64,000 nt of DNA from an uncultured Candidatus Entotheonella sp. (GTDB lineage: Bacteria; Tectomicrobia; Entotheonellia; Entotheonellales; Entotheonellaceae), in NCBI GenBank assembly GCA_965217185.1, contig OZ244252.1, forward strand, positions 2,400,001-2,464,000, written 5' to 3'. The position numbers and the translations under genes are program-made. The notes below the pieces were generated by a model, which made no database searches, was not told the origin of the DNA, and worked only from the letters and a program-made list of their open reading frames with translations. Below are positions 31,858-42,991 of this stretch, one piece after another (positions within the stretch are counted from its first letter, which is position 1; every line of letters begins with the position of its first letter).

Positions 31858-32766
31858 ATGGTTAAGGCGTCGTCCGAAGTGGTGGTGGGACTCATCCAGA
31901 TGCAGGCCGAGGCGGACCCGCGGGCGAACGTGCAGCGCGCCGTCAGCGCTATCCGGGACGCCGCGGCGCAGGGCGCGCAGATCATCTGCCTGCAGGAGTT
32001 GTTCAGCACGCCCTACTTCTGCCAGACCGAAGACCTCGGCCCGTTTGCCCTGGCGGAGCCCATTCCGGGCCCGACGACCGACGCCTTGGGAGCCCTGGCC
32101 GGGGAACTGGGGGTCGTGCTGGTCGTGCCGCTGTTCGAGAAACGGGCGCGCGGCCTGTATCACAACAGCGCCGTGGTGTTCGACGCCGACGGCTCCCGCC
32201 TCGGCACCTACCGCAAGATGCATATTCCTGACGATCCGGCGTACTACGAGAAGTTTTACTTCACCCCGGGCGACCTCGGCTTCCGAACGTTCAAGACTCG
32301 CTACGCCGACATCGGCGTGTTGATCTGCTGGGACCAATGGTTCCCCGAGGCGGCGCGCCTGGTGGCCCTTTCCGGCGCCCACATCCTGTTTTATCCCACC
32401 GCCATTGGCTGGCACGACGATGAGGCGGCCGAGGTGCGCCGCACGCAGCACGAGGCTTGGGAACTCGTGCAACGCAGCCACGCCATTACCAACGGGGTTT
32501 ACGCCGCCGCCGTGAACCGCGTCGGGCGCGAGGGCACGGTGACGTTCTGGGGCGCCTCGTTCCTGGCCGCGCCGGACGGCAGCCTGGTGGCGCGCGCCGC
32601 GCACGACGGGGAAGCCATCTTGGTCGCTAAGTGTGATCTGGACGCCGTCGATACCATGCGCCAGCAATGGCCCTTCCTGCGCGACCGCCGCATCGACACG
32701 TACGGCGCCCTTACCGCGCGATTCCTCGATTCCCCGGTCGGGGTCGGGGACAAGCATGACGCCTGA
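31858..32766 (+). CDS. aguB: N-carbamoylputrescine amidase (nitrilase superfamily)
   Basis: CLQELF, YRKMHIPDDP.YYEKFYF, ICWDQWFPE, YPTAIGW, WPFLRDRR. Confidence 0.92.
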   Translation: MVKASSEVVVGLIQMQAEADPRANVQRAVSAIRDAAAQGAQIICLQELFSTPYFCQTEDLGPFALAEPIPGPTTDALGALAGELGVVLVVPLFEKRARGLYHNSAVVFDADGSRLGTYRKMHIPDDPAYYEKFYFTPGDLGFRTFKTRYADIGVLICWDQWFPEAARLVALSGAHILFYPTAIGWHDDEAAEVRRTQHEAWELVQRSHAITNGVYAAAVNRVGREGTVTFWGASFLAAPDGSLVARAAHDGEAILVAKCDLDAVDTMRQQWPFLRDRRIDTYGALTARFLDSPVGVGDKHDA

Positions 32767-33814
32767 CGCCCCCGCCGCCCTGGGTTACCGGATGCCGGCG
32801 GAGTGGGAGCCGCACGCCGCCACCTGGCTGGCCTGGCCGCATAACGAAGACACCTGGCCGGGGCGTCTGCCGCAGGTCCGGGATATTTTCCTCGACATGA
32901 TCGAGGCGCTGCACCAGGACGAAACGGTTCACCTGCTGGTCAACGACGCGGCCACGGCCGAACAGGTGGGGCAACGGATACATGATCGCGGCCTCGATGC
33001 ACGCGCCATCAAGCTGCACGAAATACCTACCGCCGACGCCTGGCTGCGCGACAGCGGCCCCATTTTCCTCACGAGCGTCGACCCGCAGCCGCCGTTGACC
33101 GCAAGCGCCTGGCGGTTCAACGCCTGGGGCGGCAAATACGACGACTTGCAGGCCGACGCCGGCCTGTCGCAACGCATCGCCTCGCGCCTCGGTGTGCCGT
33201 GTTTCGAGCCCGGCATGGTCCTCGAAGGCGGTGCCATCGACGTCGACGGCAGCGGCGCTTGCCTGACCACCGAGCAGTGCTTGCTGCACCCGAATCGCAA
33301 CCCCGACTTGCAACGCGCCGACATTGAGCGCCACCTTGGCGCCACCCTTGGGGTCTGCCATATCATCTGGCTCGGCCGCGGCATTGTGGGCGACGATACC
33401 GATGGGCATGTCGATGACGTGGCGCGATTCGTCGGCCCGACCACGGTGGTCTGTGCCCTCGAAACCGACCCGCAGGACGCCAACTCCGCGCCCCTGCAGG
33501 ACAACTTCCGGCGTTTGCAGGCGGCCACCGACGGGCGCGGCCGGCCTCTCGACGTGGTGCCCCTTCCGATGCCGGGACGCGTCGGTTCGCCGCAAGAGCG
33601 CCTGCCTGCCAGCTATGCCAACTTCTACATCGGCAACGGCGTCCTGCTGGTGCCCACCTACGACCACCCCAACGACGACCGCGCCCTGCGTATCCTGCAG
33701 GACCTCTTTCCCGGCCGCCGCGTCGTCGGGATTGCCTGCGAGCCGCTGGTCTGGGGACTCGGCGCCATCCACTGCGTGACCCAACAACAACCGGCTACTG
33801 CCGGCAAGCCTTGA
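32756..33814 (+). CDS. aguA: Agmatine deiminase
   Basis: RMPAEWEPH, WLRDSGP, LEGGAI, DDTDGHVD, SYANFY, GAIHCVTQQQP. Confidence 0.94.
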   Translation: MTPDAPAALGYRMPAEWEPHAATWLAWPHNEDTWPGRLPQVRDIFLDMIEALHQDETVHLLVNDAATAEQVGQRIHDRGLDARAIKLHEIPTADAWLRDSGPIFLTSVDPQPPLTASAWRFNAWGGKYDDLQADAGLSQRIASRLGVPCFEPGMVLEGGAIDVDGSGACLTTEQCLLHPNRNPDLQRADIERHLGATLGVCHIIWLGRGIVGDDTDGHVDDVARFVGPTTVVCALETDPQDANSAPLQDNFRRLQAATDGRGRPLDVVPLPMPGRVGSPQERLPASYANFYIGNGVLLVPTYDHPNDDRALRILQDLFPGRRVVGIACEPLVWGLGAIHCVTQQQPATAGKP

Positions 33815-33858
33815 CCGTTTTTACCTCGATTCAAGGCTTGCCAGCTATGGAGTGATCC

Positions 33859-35940
33859 ATGAATGACCAACGCGCCAATCGCCTGATCCACGAAACCAGC
33901 CCTTACTTGCTGCAGCACGCCCACAACCCGGTCGACTGGCACGCCTGGGGCCCCGAGGCACTCGACAAAGCCCGCGCCGAAAACCGGCCCATTCTGCTGT
34001 CCATCGGCTACTCCGCCTGCCATTGGTGCCACGTTATGGAGCGCGAATCGTTCGAGGACGAGCAGATTGCCGCGCTGATGAATGAACACTTCGTGAACAT
34101 CAAGGTCGACCGCGAGGAACGCCCCGACCTGGATCACATATACCAGACCGCCGTGCAACTGTTCACCGGTCAGGGCGGCTGGCCGCTGACCATGTTCCTC
34201 ACCCCGGAGCAGGAGCCGTTCTACGGCGGCACCTACTTCCCGCCCGACGACCGCTACGGCCGCCCCGGCTTCCCGCGCCTCCTGCGCACCCTGGCCGACG
34301 CCTATCACAACCGCCAGCAGGACGTCGTCAAGAGCACCACCCAGATTCGCGAGGCCATGCAGAAACTCTCCGGCTTCTCGGCCAGTGGCGACGGTCTGTC
34401 GCCGGACATCGTGACCAACGCCGTGCGCACCCTCGCCAGCCACGTGGACATGGTGCACGGCGGCTTTGGCACGCAGCCGAAGTTCCCCAATCCCACCAAT
34501 CTTGACTGCCTGCTGCGGTACTGGCACTACAGCGGCAACGAAAACTTCCTCAACGTGGTCAAGCTGTCTCTGGACAAGATGGCCGGCGGCGGCATCTACG
34601 ACCAACTCGGCGGCGGCTTTCACCGCTATTCGGTGGACGACCACTGGCTGGTGCCGCACTTCGAGAAGATGCTGTACGACAACGCCCAATTGCTGCCGTT
34701 GTACGCCACCCTATACCGGATCACCGGCGAGGCGCGATACGCCCGCGTGGCGCGCGAAACTCTCGACTACGTACAGCGCGAAATGCGCCACCCCGAAGGC
34801 GGGTTCTACGCCACCCAAGACGCCGACAGCGAGGGGGAAGAGGGCAAGTTTTTCGTATGGACGAAGGCCGAGGTGGATGAGCGGCTTGGCGATGATGCCC
34901 GCCTGTTCTGTCGTTACTACGACGTGACGGAGGCGGGTAATTGGGAGAGCGGCAACAACATCCTGCACTTGACGGTGTCGCTGGAACAACTCGCCAATCT
35001 GTTCCAACAGGATGTAACGATGGTTGGGGAGAAGCTCGAAGCGGCCCGGCGCCTCCTGTTTGCGGCACGTGAGCAGCGCATCAAGCCGTTCCGCGACGAG
35101 AAGATCCTGACGGCCTGGAACGGCCTGATGCTCTCGGGGATGATCGATGCCGCCAGCGCGCTCGGGGACGACGAGGCGATGCAAACCGTGCGCGATACCA
35201 TCGCCTTTCTGCGGCAGCACATGCTGCGCGATGGCGTTCTGTTGCGAAGCCATAAGGACGGCCAGTCCAAGCTGGCTGGCTATCTCGACGACTACGCCTT
35301 CCTGGCTGCCGCCCTGCTCGATGCCTTTGAGGCGACCTTCGAGCCGTCCTACTTCGACTTGGCACAGCAGTTGACCGCGACGCTGTTGGAGGATTTCTGG
35401 GACGACGTGAACGGTGGCTTCTTCTTCATCGGTAGGAACCACGAAACGCTGATCGACCGCGTCAAGTCGGGCACCGATCAGGCCATCCCGTCCGGCACCG
35501 CGGTCGCTACCCGCAACCTGCTGCGCCTCTACGCCCACACCGGGGAAGCCGATTACCTGCAGCGCGCCGAGCGCGCCCTGCTGCTCTACCGTCAACACAT
35601 GGAGCAACAATCCTTCGGCTACGCCAGCTTGCTGAGTGTGTGCGCCGATTATCTCCACAAGCCGCAGGAGATCGTGCTGATCGGCACCCCCGGCGCGCCG
35701 GACACGCAGGCCATGCTGGCCGCCCTGCACCGCACCTACGTGCCGCACAAGACCCTCGTGCTGATCGACCCGCACCGCGCCGAAACGGCTCTCGCCGCCC
35801 TGCCCCTGCTACGCGACGTGCTCGCAGGCCGGACGCAGGTGGATGGGAAGGCGACCGTCTACGTCTGCCACGATTTCACATGCTCGCTGCCCGTCAGCGA
35901 GCCAGCGGAGCTTACGGCGCTGCTGAACAGGTCTGCCTGA
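33859..35940 (+). CDS. YyaL/SPATA20 family thioredoxin-domain protein
   Basis: [53 protein letters not shown]. Confidence 0.95.
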   Translation: MNDQRANRLIHETSPYLLQHAHNPVDWHAWGPEALDKARAENRPILLSIGYSACHWCHVMERESFEDEQIAALMNEHFVNIKVDREERPDLDHIYQTAVQLFTGQGGWPLTMFLTPEQEPFYGGTYFPPDDRYGRPGFPRLLRTLADAYHNRQQDVVKSTTQIREAMQKLSGFSASGDGLSPDIVTNAVRTLASHVDMVHGGFGTQPKFPNPTNLDCLLRYWHYSGNENFLNVVKLSLDKMAGGGIYDQLGGGFHRYSVDDHWLVPHFEKMLYDNAQLLPLYATLYRITGEARYARVARETLDYVQREMRHPEGGFYATQDADSEGEEGKFFVWTKAEVDERLGDDARLFCRYYDVTEAGNWESGNNILHLTVSLEQLANLFQQDVTMVGEKLEAARRLLFAAREQRIKPFRDEKILTAWNGLMLSGMIDAASALGDDEAMQTVRDTIAFLRQHMLRDGVLLRSHKDGQSKLAGYLDDYAFLAAALLDAFEATFEPSYFDLAQQLTATLLEDFWDDVNGGFFFIGRNHETLIDRVKSGTDQAIPSGTAVATRNLLRLYAHTGEADYLQRAERALLLYRQHMEQQSFGYASLLSVCADYLHKPQEIVLIGTPGAPDTQAMLAALHRTYVPHKTLVLIDPHRAETALAALPLLRDVLAGRTQVDGKATVYVCHDFTCSLPVSEPAELTALLNRSA

Positions 35941-35973
35941 TGAGGGCAAAGGCGAGTTACCGTATTATGGGGC

Positions 35974-37254
35974 TTAATCCTTCACGATGCCGATTTCGAC
36001 CATCATGCCGGGCTTGAGGAGGCCGTTGGTGTTGGGGACGGTGATCTGGACGGGGATGCGTTGCTCCACCTTGGTGAAGCTGCCGGTGGGGGGGAAGAGG
36101 GCGAACTCGGAAATGGCGGCGTGGCCGATGGTGTCCACAGTGCCCCGGAATTCGTGGTCGGGATAGGCGTCTACCTGGATGTCGACGGCCTTGCCGACGG
36201 CGACGTCGCGGATGTACGACTCTTTGATATTGGCCAGAATCCACACGTCATGCGGGTCGCCGATCACCAGCACCGGCTGGCCCTTCTGAACGACTTGGCC
36301 TTCCTCGACGCGCTTGCGGCTGATAATGCCGGAGAGCGGGCTTCTCAGCACCGTCTTGCCCACGTTGCGTTCCGCAAGGTCGCGCTTGGCGCGCGCCTCC
36401 TTGAGTTGCGCCTCCAGGATGTTGATCTGTTCCCGAACTAGGCTGCGCTCGCCCTCGGTCTCCGCCAAGCGCACCTTGACGAGAGCCGCTTCGACCTCGG
36501 CCTCCAGCGTCTGCACACGGCTACGGCGTAGTTGAATACGTTTCTTCAAGGTCAGGGCAGTTTCCAAGCGCGCCTGAAGCTGCGCCACACGCTCCTGCGC
36601 GGCACTGAGGCGGGCCTTGGTTTGCGCCAAGTCGTCCTCGGCGTCTTCGCGGTTGGTGGCGGACACAATGCCCTCGTCAGATAACGTGCTGACGCGCTCC
36701 CAGTTGTTCTCGGCGCTGCGCACTTGCCCCTGCATCTCGGCGACCGTGGACTCGGCTTCCTTGAGCGCCGCCTCGGCTTCGGCCAACTGGTTTTGCACCT
36801 GTTCGGTTTCGATTTCCAGCGCCGTTCTCTCCTCGGCCAGGGCACTCTGCTTGGCGGCGTGTTCGGCGCGGGCGTGAGCGATTTGGTCCCGCGCGCGTTT
36901 GCTGTCGAGTTGAACCTCCTCGTGCAGTTCCTTGATCTGGAAGGTAATCATGTCTACCCGGGCCTGCGTCTCCTCGAACTGAAGCTCGTAATCGGTGCTG
37001 TACAACTCCAGTAGCAGGTCGTCCTTCTGCACCACGCTGCCCTCGTCGACGTGCAGGGCGCGCACCGTGCCGCCCACCTTCGGCGCCACCGGTACCATGA
37101 GTCCCTTGACGCGCGCGTCGTCGGTCACCACGTGTTTCGTAGTGTAGATCCAGTAACCGATTCCGTAATACAAGCCAACGATCACCCCGAGGCCCAAGAC
37201 AATGGCGGGCAGAATGACGCGCAGGCGGCCCGGTAGGGCGGTTCTTTCGGCCAT
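35974..37254 (-). CDS. EmrA/HlyD family efflux adaptor protein
   Basis: TDDARV, VAPKVGG, coiled coil, VDAYP, GSFTKVEQRIPV, LKPGMMV. Confidence 0.9.
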   Translation of the reverse strand: MAERTALPGRLRVILPAIVLGLGVIVGLYYGIGYWIYTTKHVVTDDARVKGLMVPVAPKVGGTVRALHVDEGSVVQKDDLLLELYSTDYELQFEETQARVDMITFQIKELHEEVQLDSKRARDQIAHARAEHAAKQSALAEERTALEIETEQVQNQLAEAEAALKEAESTVAEMQGQVRSAENNWERVSTLSDEGIVSATNREDAEDDLAQTKARLSAAQERVAQLQARLETALTLKKRIQLRRSRVQTLEAEVEAALVKVRLAETEGERSLVREQINILEAQLKEARAKRDLAERNVGKTVLRSPLSGIISRKRVEEGQVVQKGQPVLVIGDPHDVWILANIKESYIRDVAVGKAVDIQVDAYPDHEFRGTVDTIGHAAISEFALFPPTGSFTKVEQRIPVQITVPNTNGLLKPGMMVEIGIVKD

Positions 37255-37330
37255 AAGGCGTGATTTCCTGAGAGAAGGGATTGGATGAGTTTGTTACCGC
37301 ATGGAGGTGGGACGGCTAATGCTATCACAT

Positions 37331-40300
37331 TCAAAGCTTGCCAGCCAGAAGCCGTTGTAGGCTGCCCTTGAGCCGTGTCAGGCGCTCGGCGGGCGTTCCG
37401 GCGGGCTCGGGAATGCACACCACGCGCTCGGATTGGAAACGAAATCCGGGGTTGTCGGACTCCAGCCACGGCAGCAGGCGTTCCGGCGCCAGCGGCGTCG
37501 AGGCGTGGAAGGTGAGACAGATGTCCCGGCCGCGTTGCTCAATGCGTTCCAGGGCCAATTGCCGAGTCATAATCTTGATCTCCAATACCTCCAGAAGCTG
37601 CTGCGTGGCCTCCGGCAGTACCCCGAAACGATCCTGCATCTCATTTCGCAACGCCTGCAACGCCGTGCTGTTTGTTACCCCCGACAGGCGCCGGTACAAC
37701 TGCAGGCGCTGCGTTTCGCTCGCCACGTAGCTTTCCGGGATGTGGCCCTGCACCCCCAGGCGAAGCTCGGGCTCCACCCACACGGTGACGGCCTCGCCCT
37801 TCGCCTCGCGCACCGCGTCGGCCATCATCTGGCAATACAGGTCGAATCCCACGCTGTTCATGTGCCCGGATTGCTGCGGTCCCAGCAGGTTGCCGGCGCC
37901 GCGGATCTCCAGGTCGCGGGAGGCCAGGTGAAAGCCGGACCCCAGCTCGGAAAATTCCTCGAACGCCTCGATCCGCCGCCGCGCCACGCCGGACAGCAGC
38001 GCCTCGCCGGGAATGAGCAGGTAGGCATACGCCTGGATCAGGCCGCGTCCTACCCGACCGCGCAACTGGTGCATCTGCGCCAGGCCGAAGCTGTCGGCGT
38101 GGTTGATGATGATGGTGTTGACCGACGGGATGTCGAGGCCGGATTCGATGATCGTGGTGCACAGCAGCAGGTCGAAGTCGCGCCGCAGGAAGTCCAGCAT
38201 GACCGTCTCCAACTGGCGCTCCGGCATCTGGCCGTGGGCGATGCGGATGCGGCACTCGGGCACCAGACGCCGCATCATGGCGTGGATGATCGGCAGACTG
38301 GCGATGTGGTTGTGCACGAAAAACACCTGTCCGTGTCGGGCCAACTCCTGCCGCACGGCACGCTCGACGATCTCTTCGCTGAACGGCATGACCACCGTCT
38401 CGATGGCGCTGCGTCCGCCGGGCGGCGTGGCCATGATGGTGCAATCGCGCAGGCCGCTGAGCGCCATCTGCAGCGAGCGCGGAATGGGCGTGGCGGTGAG
38501 AACGAGTACATCGGTCTTCACGCTCAGCCGCTTGATGCGCTCCTTGTGCCCGACCCCGAAGCGGTGTTCTTCATCCACCACCAGCAGGCCCAGGTCTTTG
38601 AAGCGGATGTCCTTCTGCAGCAGGCGGTGGGTGCCGATGACGATGTCAACCGTTCCATCTTGCAGCCCGTTCAGCGTTCGGGTCTGTTCCTTGCGGCTGT
38701 TCAGGCGGCTCAGCATGGCCACCCGCGTGCCGAACGCCTCAAAGCGGCGCTGAAAGGTCTCGCCGTGCTGCTGCGCCAACACCGTGGTGGGCACCAACAC
38801 GGCGACTTGCTTGCCGTCGAACACCGCCTTGAAAGCGGCGCGCAGGGCGACTTCGGTCTTGCCGTAGCCCACGTCGCCGCATACCAGCCGCTCCATGGGC
38901 CGCGGGTGTTCCATGTCGCTCAGCACGTCCTGGATGGCCTGCAACTGGTCATCGGTTTCGACGTACTCGAAGGCGTCCTCAAACTCCTGGTGCAACGTCG
39001 TGGACTCCGTGAACCGGTGGCCGACGTCCTGCTGGCGTGAGGCGTGCAGGCTGACCAACTCGCCGGCCATATCGAGCAGCGCCGCCTTGACGCGCGCCTT
39101 GGTGCGTGCCCAGGAGGTGGCCCCGAGGCGGTCGAGCGACGTCTTGACGTCTTCGCCGCTGCCGCTGCGATATTTCTCCACCAGGCTGAGGCGGTAGGAT
39201 GGGACGTAGAGCTTGGCGTCGTCGGCGTAGGTGAGTTCCATGAATTCGCCGCCCCGGTGATCGACGTCGAGGAACGTCATGCCGCCGAAGCGCCCGATGC
39301 CGTAATCGGCATGCACCACCAAATCGCCGGGACGCAGCGTGCTGACGTGGCTCGTCGGATGCGCCGCACCAGCGGGCGATGGCGCGGCTTGCTGCTTATC
39401 GCCGAACAGATCGCTCCCACGCAGGACCACGAGGCGTTCGTCCGGCCACAGGAAGCCGTGGCTGAGACTGCCTACGGCCAGCATGGTGCCGCCCGTCGGG
39501 ATGGCGCTTTCGTCCAGGCATTGCGCGGCGGCGTCCGCGATGTGGCACCCGAGGTCGTACGACGCCAGCGCGTCGTGCAGTCGCTGCACCTCTGGGGCGG
39601 AGCGGCATAGGATGAGCACGCCGAAGCCATCGCTGTGCCACTGTTGCAGGTGGGCGATAAAACGTCCTAAGTCCCCCGAAAACGCCGGCGTTCCGCGCAT
39701 CCGCAGTTCGGTGAGGTTGGTGGATAGTGGGTAGTGGTTAGTGGCTGGCGGCTTTTGTTTTTGCTCCCCACCATTCACGAACCACTCATCACTGCCTTTG
39801 AGGTTGTGGTAGCGGGTCAGCGCGACCTCGGTTCGCTCGCGCAGTTGCCGGGTCAGCGTTGGCACGGCAACGCATCGCTCCGTAGCAAACGGCACGGTGT
39901 GGTCGCCCAGCCGCATGGCGAGCGGCGGCGGGAGTTGATCCAGGGTGAGATGAACGTCTTCCAGATCGACGCAACACAACGTCACGGCGTCCGGCAGATG
40001 GTCCAACGGGCTTTCCAGGTCGTCGAAGAAAAAAGTGTCCAGACCCCACGGCCAGGCGGCGGGGTGCTGCTGGCGCCAATGCTCAAAGCTGGCGGCGATT
40101 CTGGCGTCATCCCAGTCGTGGGTGCGCAGATGCGCTCGCAGCCGTTCCCAGCCCGGCGCCGTTTCGGAGCCCCGCGGCGGCAGGACGTGCAACGGCCCGA
40201 TGGCGATGCGCTGCAATTCGGCCACCGATAACTGCGAGGCGACGTCAAAGGTGCGGATGGTTTCCACCTCGTCGCCGAAGAATTCGAGCCGCCAAGGCCG

Positions 40301-40858
40301 CCTTTCGCCAGGCGAAAAAACGTCCAGGATGCCGCCGCGCAGGGCGAACTCCCCAGCCGCTTCCACCATGGAGGTGCGCCGGTAGCCGCGTTCGACCAGC
40401 GCCGCAGCGAATCCCGGCAGCGGGATGGCGTCGCCGACCTGAACCGGCAGCAGGCGCTCGGCCAACAAACCCGGTGCCGTCCCGTAACGCAGGGAGGCGG
40501 CAGCGGCGACCACCACCACGGACTCGCCGTTGCGCAGCCGCCATAGGGGCAGGTCAGCCGACAGCGTTTCCTGCTGTGTTCCTTGCGGTTCGGGTATGTA
40601 ACCCAGGACGACGCTGGATGCCACAGGACAGGAAGGCGAACTTGGCGGGTCGTCGAGAAAACAACGCAGATCGCTGATGAGATCATCGCGGCGGGCGGGC
40701 TCCGGCGTTACGACGAACAGTGGCGCCCGGCGTTCAGCGAACCGGCGCGCCAGCAGAAAACCCTGGCCGCCCGGGCGCGACCCCCGCAGGGTTTGCGGCG
40801 CCGCCCCGGCCACCTCGCTATGGCACGCGATATCGATTGCAGGTGTCGGCATGGTCAT
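37331..40858 (-). CDS. mfd: Transcription-repair coupling factor
   Basis: GEFALRGGILD, GDLVVHADYGIG, CGDVGYGKTEVA, DEEHRFG, QLRGRVGR, TRCF C-terminal domain. Confidence 0.96.
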   Translation of the reverse strand: MTMPTPAIDIACHSEVAGAAPQTLRGSRPGGQGFLLARRFAERRAPLFVVTPEPARRDDLISDLRCFLDDPPSSPSCPVASSVVLGYIPEPQGTQQETLSADLPLWRLRNGESVVVVAAAASLRYGTAPGLLAERLLPVQVGDAIPLPGFAAALVERGYRRTSMVEAAGEFALRGGILDVFSPGERRPWRLEFFGDEVETIRTFDVASQLSVAELQRIAIGPLHVLPPRGSETAPGWERLRAHLRTHDWDDARIAASFEHWRQQHPAAWPWGLDTFFFDDLESPLDHLPDAVTLCCVDLEDVHLTLDQLPPPLAMRLGDHTVPFATERCVAVPTLTRQLRERTEVALTRYHNLKGSDEWFVNGGEQKQKPPATNHYPLSTNLTELRMRGTPAFSGDLGRFIAHLQQWHSDGFGVLILCRSAPEVQRLHDALASYDLGCHIADAAAQCLDESAIPTGGTMLAVGSLSHGFLWPDERLVVLRGSDLFGDKQQAAPSPAGAAHPTSHVSTLRPGDLVVHADYGIGRFGGMTFLDVDHRGGEFMELTYADDAKLYVPSYRLSLVEKYRSGSGEDVKTSLDRLGATSWARTKARVKAALLDMAGELVSLHASRQQDVGHRFTESTTLHQEFEDAFEYVETDDQLQAIQDVLSDMEHPRPMERLVCGDVGYGKTEVALRAAFKAVFDGKQVAVLVPTTVLAQQHGETFQRRFEAFGTRVAMLSRLNSRKEQTRTLNGLQDGTVDIVIGTHRLLQKDIRFKDLGLLVVDEEHRFGVGHKERIKRLSVKTDVLVLTATPIPRSLQMALSGLRDCTIMATPPGGRSAIETVVMPFSEEIVERAVRQELARHGQVFFVHNHIASLPIIHAMMRRLVPECRIRIAHGQMPERQLETVMLDFLRRDFDLLLCTTIIESGLDIPSVNTIIINHADSFGLAQMHQLRGRVGRGLIQAYAYLLIPGEALLSGVARRRIEAFEEFSELGSGFHLASRDLEIRGAGNLLGPQQSGHMNSVGFDLYCQMMADAVREAKGEAVTVWVEPELRLGVQGHIPESYVASETQRLQLYRRLSGVTNSTALQALRNEMQDRFGVLPEATQQLLEVLEIKIMTRQLALERIEQRGRDICLTFHASTPLAPERLLPWLESDNPGFRFQSERVVCIPEPAGTPAERLTRLKGSLQRLLAGKL
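39718..39793. repeat. Palindromic heptamer (GTGGNTA-type) element inside mfd
   Basis: gtggata-gtgggta-gtggtta-gtggctg ... ccac-cattcac-gaaccac-tcatcac (inverted arm). Confidence 0.65.
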
Positions 40859-42063
40859 CAGCCAAAGGTCCCGGCCATCTCGAAGATGGGCAAATACATG
40901 GCGATCAGCATGAAGCCGATGAGCGCCCCGAGAACCACCATCAGCAGTGGCTCCAACAGGGAGGTCAGCGCCTCGACGGCGTGGTTCACCTCGTCATCGT
41001 AAAAATCGGCGATCTTGTTGAGCATGGCGTCCAGGGCGCCGGCGTTTTCGCCCACTTCGATCATCTGCACCACCATCGGCGCGAAAACCGGCTGGTCGCG
41101 CAGCGGCTCGGCGATCGTGCTGCCCTGCTTGATGCGCTCGATGGCGGTCAGAACGGCGTCTTCCATCACTTTGTTGCCGGTGATGCGGGCGGTGATGGCC
41201 AAGCCGTCGAGGATGGGCACGCCGCTGCTGACCAGCGTTCCCAGCGTCCGGGCAAATGACGCCACCGCGACCTTCTCGATGAGACTGCCGAAGACGGGTG
41301 CCTTCAATAGGGCAGTGTCTACCAGCCGTCGGCCTCTGGCGGTGCCACGGAACCATCTGAATGCCCAAACGAGTGCGGCGGCGGCTATCACGTACAGGAT
41401 GACCGCTTTGACGCCGCTGCTCAGCGCCATGACGAGGCGGGTTGGCGCCGGCAGGGCGCCACCGAAACTCTCGAACAGGTCGGCGAAAATGGGGATGACG
41501 TAGAGCAGCATGAAGACCATGACGAGCACGGCGACCGCGACGATGGCCGCTGGGTAGGCCATGGCGCCTTTGACTTTGCCCCGTAGCGCGCGGGCTTTTT
41601 CCAGGTAAACGGCCAGGCGAGTGAGGATGGTGTCCAGGGCGCCGCCCGCTTCGCCCGCCTCCACCATGTTGACGTAGAAATCGCCGAACACGCGCGGCTG
41701 TTTACGCAACGCTTCCGTGAAGCTGGCGCCCGCCTCCACGTCGGCCTTCACTTGCATGATGATTTCCGCGAGACGCTTGTTCGGGGTTTGGCGGCCCAGC
41801 GTGTCGAGGCACTGAACGAGGGGCAGACCCGAGGAGATCATGGTGGCAAATTGCCGGGTGAAGACGACGAGATCCTTGACCGCGACGCCGCCCGTGAGGC
41901 CGGGGAGGTTGATCGACAGCTCCCTGGGCCGGGCGCGCAGCGACGTGACGATGAGCTGGCGTTGCCGCAACGCCAAAGCGGCCGCGCGACGGTCGGCAGC
42001 GTCAATCTGGCCGCGCTGCGTGGCGCCGGCGGGTGTTCGGACCGTGTACGTGAAAGTCGGCAT
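40858..42063 (-). CDS. pilC: Type IV pilus platform protein (T2SS F family)
   Basis: FTRQFATMISSGLPL, AGEAGGALD, GAMAYP, SLLEP, AMYLPIF. Confidence 0.93.
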   Translation of the reverse strand: MPTFTYTVRTPAGATQRGQIDAADRRAAALALRQRQLIVTSLRARPRELSINLPGLTGGVAVKDLVVFTRQFATMISSGLPLVQCLDTLGRQTPNKRLAEIIMQVKADVEAGASFTEALRKQPRVFGDFYVNMVEAGEAGGALDTILTRLAVYLEKARALRGKVKGAMAYPAAIVAVAVLVMVFMLLYVIPIFADLFESFGGALPAPTRLVMALSSGVKAVILYVIAAAALVWAFRWFRGTARGRRLVDTALLKAPVFGSLIEKVAVASFARTLGTLVSSGVPILDGLAITARITGNKVMEDAVLTAIERIKQGSTIAEPLRDQPVFAPMVVQMIEVGENAGALDAMLNKIADFYDDEVNHAVEALTSLLEPLLMVVLGALIGFMLIAMYLPIFEMAGTFG

Positions 42064-42080
42064 GGGCTGTCGATTGACCT

Positions 42081-42953
42081 TTAATCGAGACGGGCTTCCA
42101 ACGCCGGGCGCACCGCCTCCAAGGGGAAAGCGAGGCCGGTCCAGATCGTGAACGCCGCGGCGCCCTGGCCCAACAGCATGTCGAGGCCGCCGATCGTGGT
42201 GGCGCCGGCGGCTCGGGCGTCCAGCAGGAACGGCGTGTTCAGGGGGCGGTAGACAATGTCGTAGACGATCTGCTCGGGTCCGAAGCAGTGGCTGGGCAGC
42301 AGAGGCTCGTCGCCTGCGTGCATCCCAAGCGAGGTGGCATTGACGAGCAGGCGGCTCTGCTGGGCGGCGTCGGCGGCGTCTGACATCGGCACGGCTCGCA
42401 CCTCGGCGGCCACAAACCGTTTCTGCAAGTCCGCTGCCAGGCGTTCACTGCGGGCATGGGTGCGATTGGCGATGATCAGTTGCGGGCAACCGGCGTTCAG
42501 CAGCGCCGCTGCCAAGGCCCGCGCCGCGCCGCCGGCACCCAGGACGCACACGGAGAGTTGGTTCAAGGGCGTTCCCAGATTTTGCAACGGTTGCAGAAAT
42601 CCGGCGCCGTCTGTGTTGTGGCCGGTGGTGCGGCCGTCCTGCACGTGCACCGTATTGACGGCGCCGATTGCCCTCGCCTCGTCCGTCACCTCGTCCAGGC
42701 ACGCCATGATGGCTTCCTTGTGCGGGATGGTCACGTTAAAGCCCGCCACTCCCAGCGCCATGGCTCCGGCGACGGCCTTGGCGAGGTTGTCCGGTGCCAC
42801 CGAGAAAGGCACGTAGACGGCGTCCAGCCCGTGGTGCCGGAAGGCCAGGGTGTGCATCAACGGCGACAGGGAATGCCCGATCGGATAGCCCATGATGCCG
42901 TACAGCCGGGTGGACCCGGAGACGCTGGTGGGGGACGTGGATTCGGCTGGCAT
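42081..42953 (-). CDS. aroE: Shikimate dehydrogenase
   Basis: GYPIGHSLSP, NVTIPHK, GAVNT, NTDG, GAGGAAR, YDIVY.P. Confidence 0.95.
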   Translation of the reverse strand: MPAESTSPTSVSGSTRLYGIMGYPIGHSLSPLMHTLAFRHHGLDAVYVPFSVAPDNLAKAVAGAMALGVAGFNVTIPHKEAIMACLDEVTDEARAIGAVNTVHVQDGRTTGHNTDGAGFLQPLQNLGTPLNQLSVCVLGAGGAARALAAALLNAGCPQLIIANRTHARSERLAADLQKRFVAAEVRAVPMSDAADAAQQSRLLVNATSLGMHAGDEPLLPSHCFGPEQIVYDIVYRPLNTPFLLDARAAGATTIGGLDMLLGQGAAAFTIWTGLAFPLEAVRPALEARLD

Positions 42954-42991
42954 ACTGTCCTCCTGCACCGTTCGCTGCCGCTCGCGATGCT

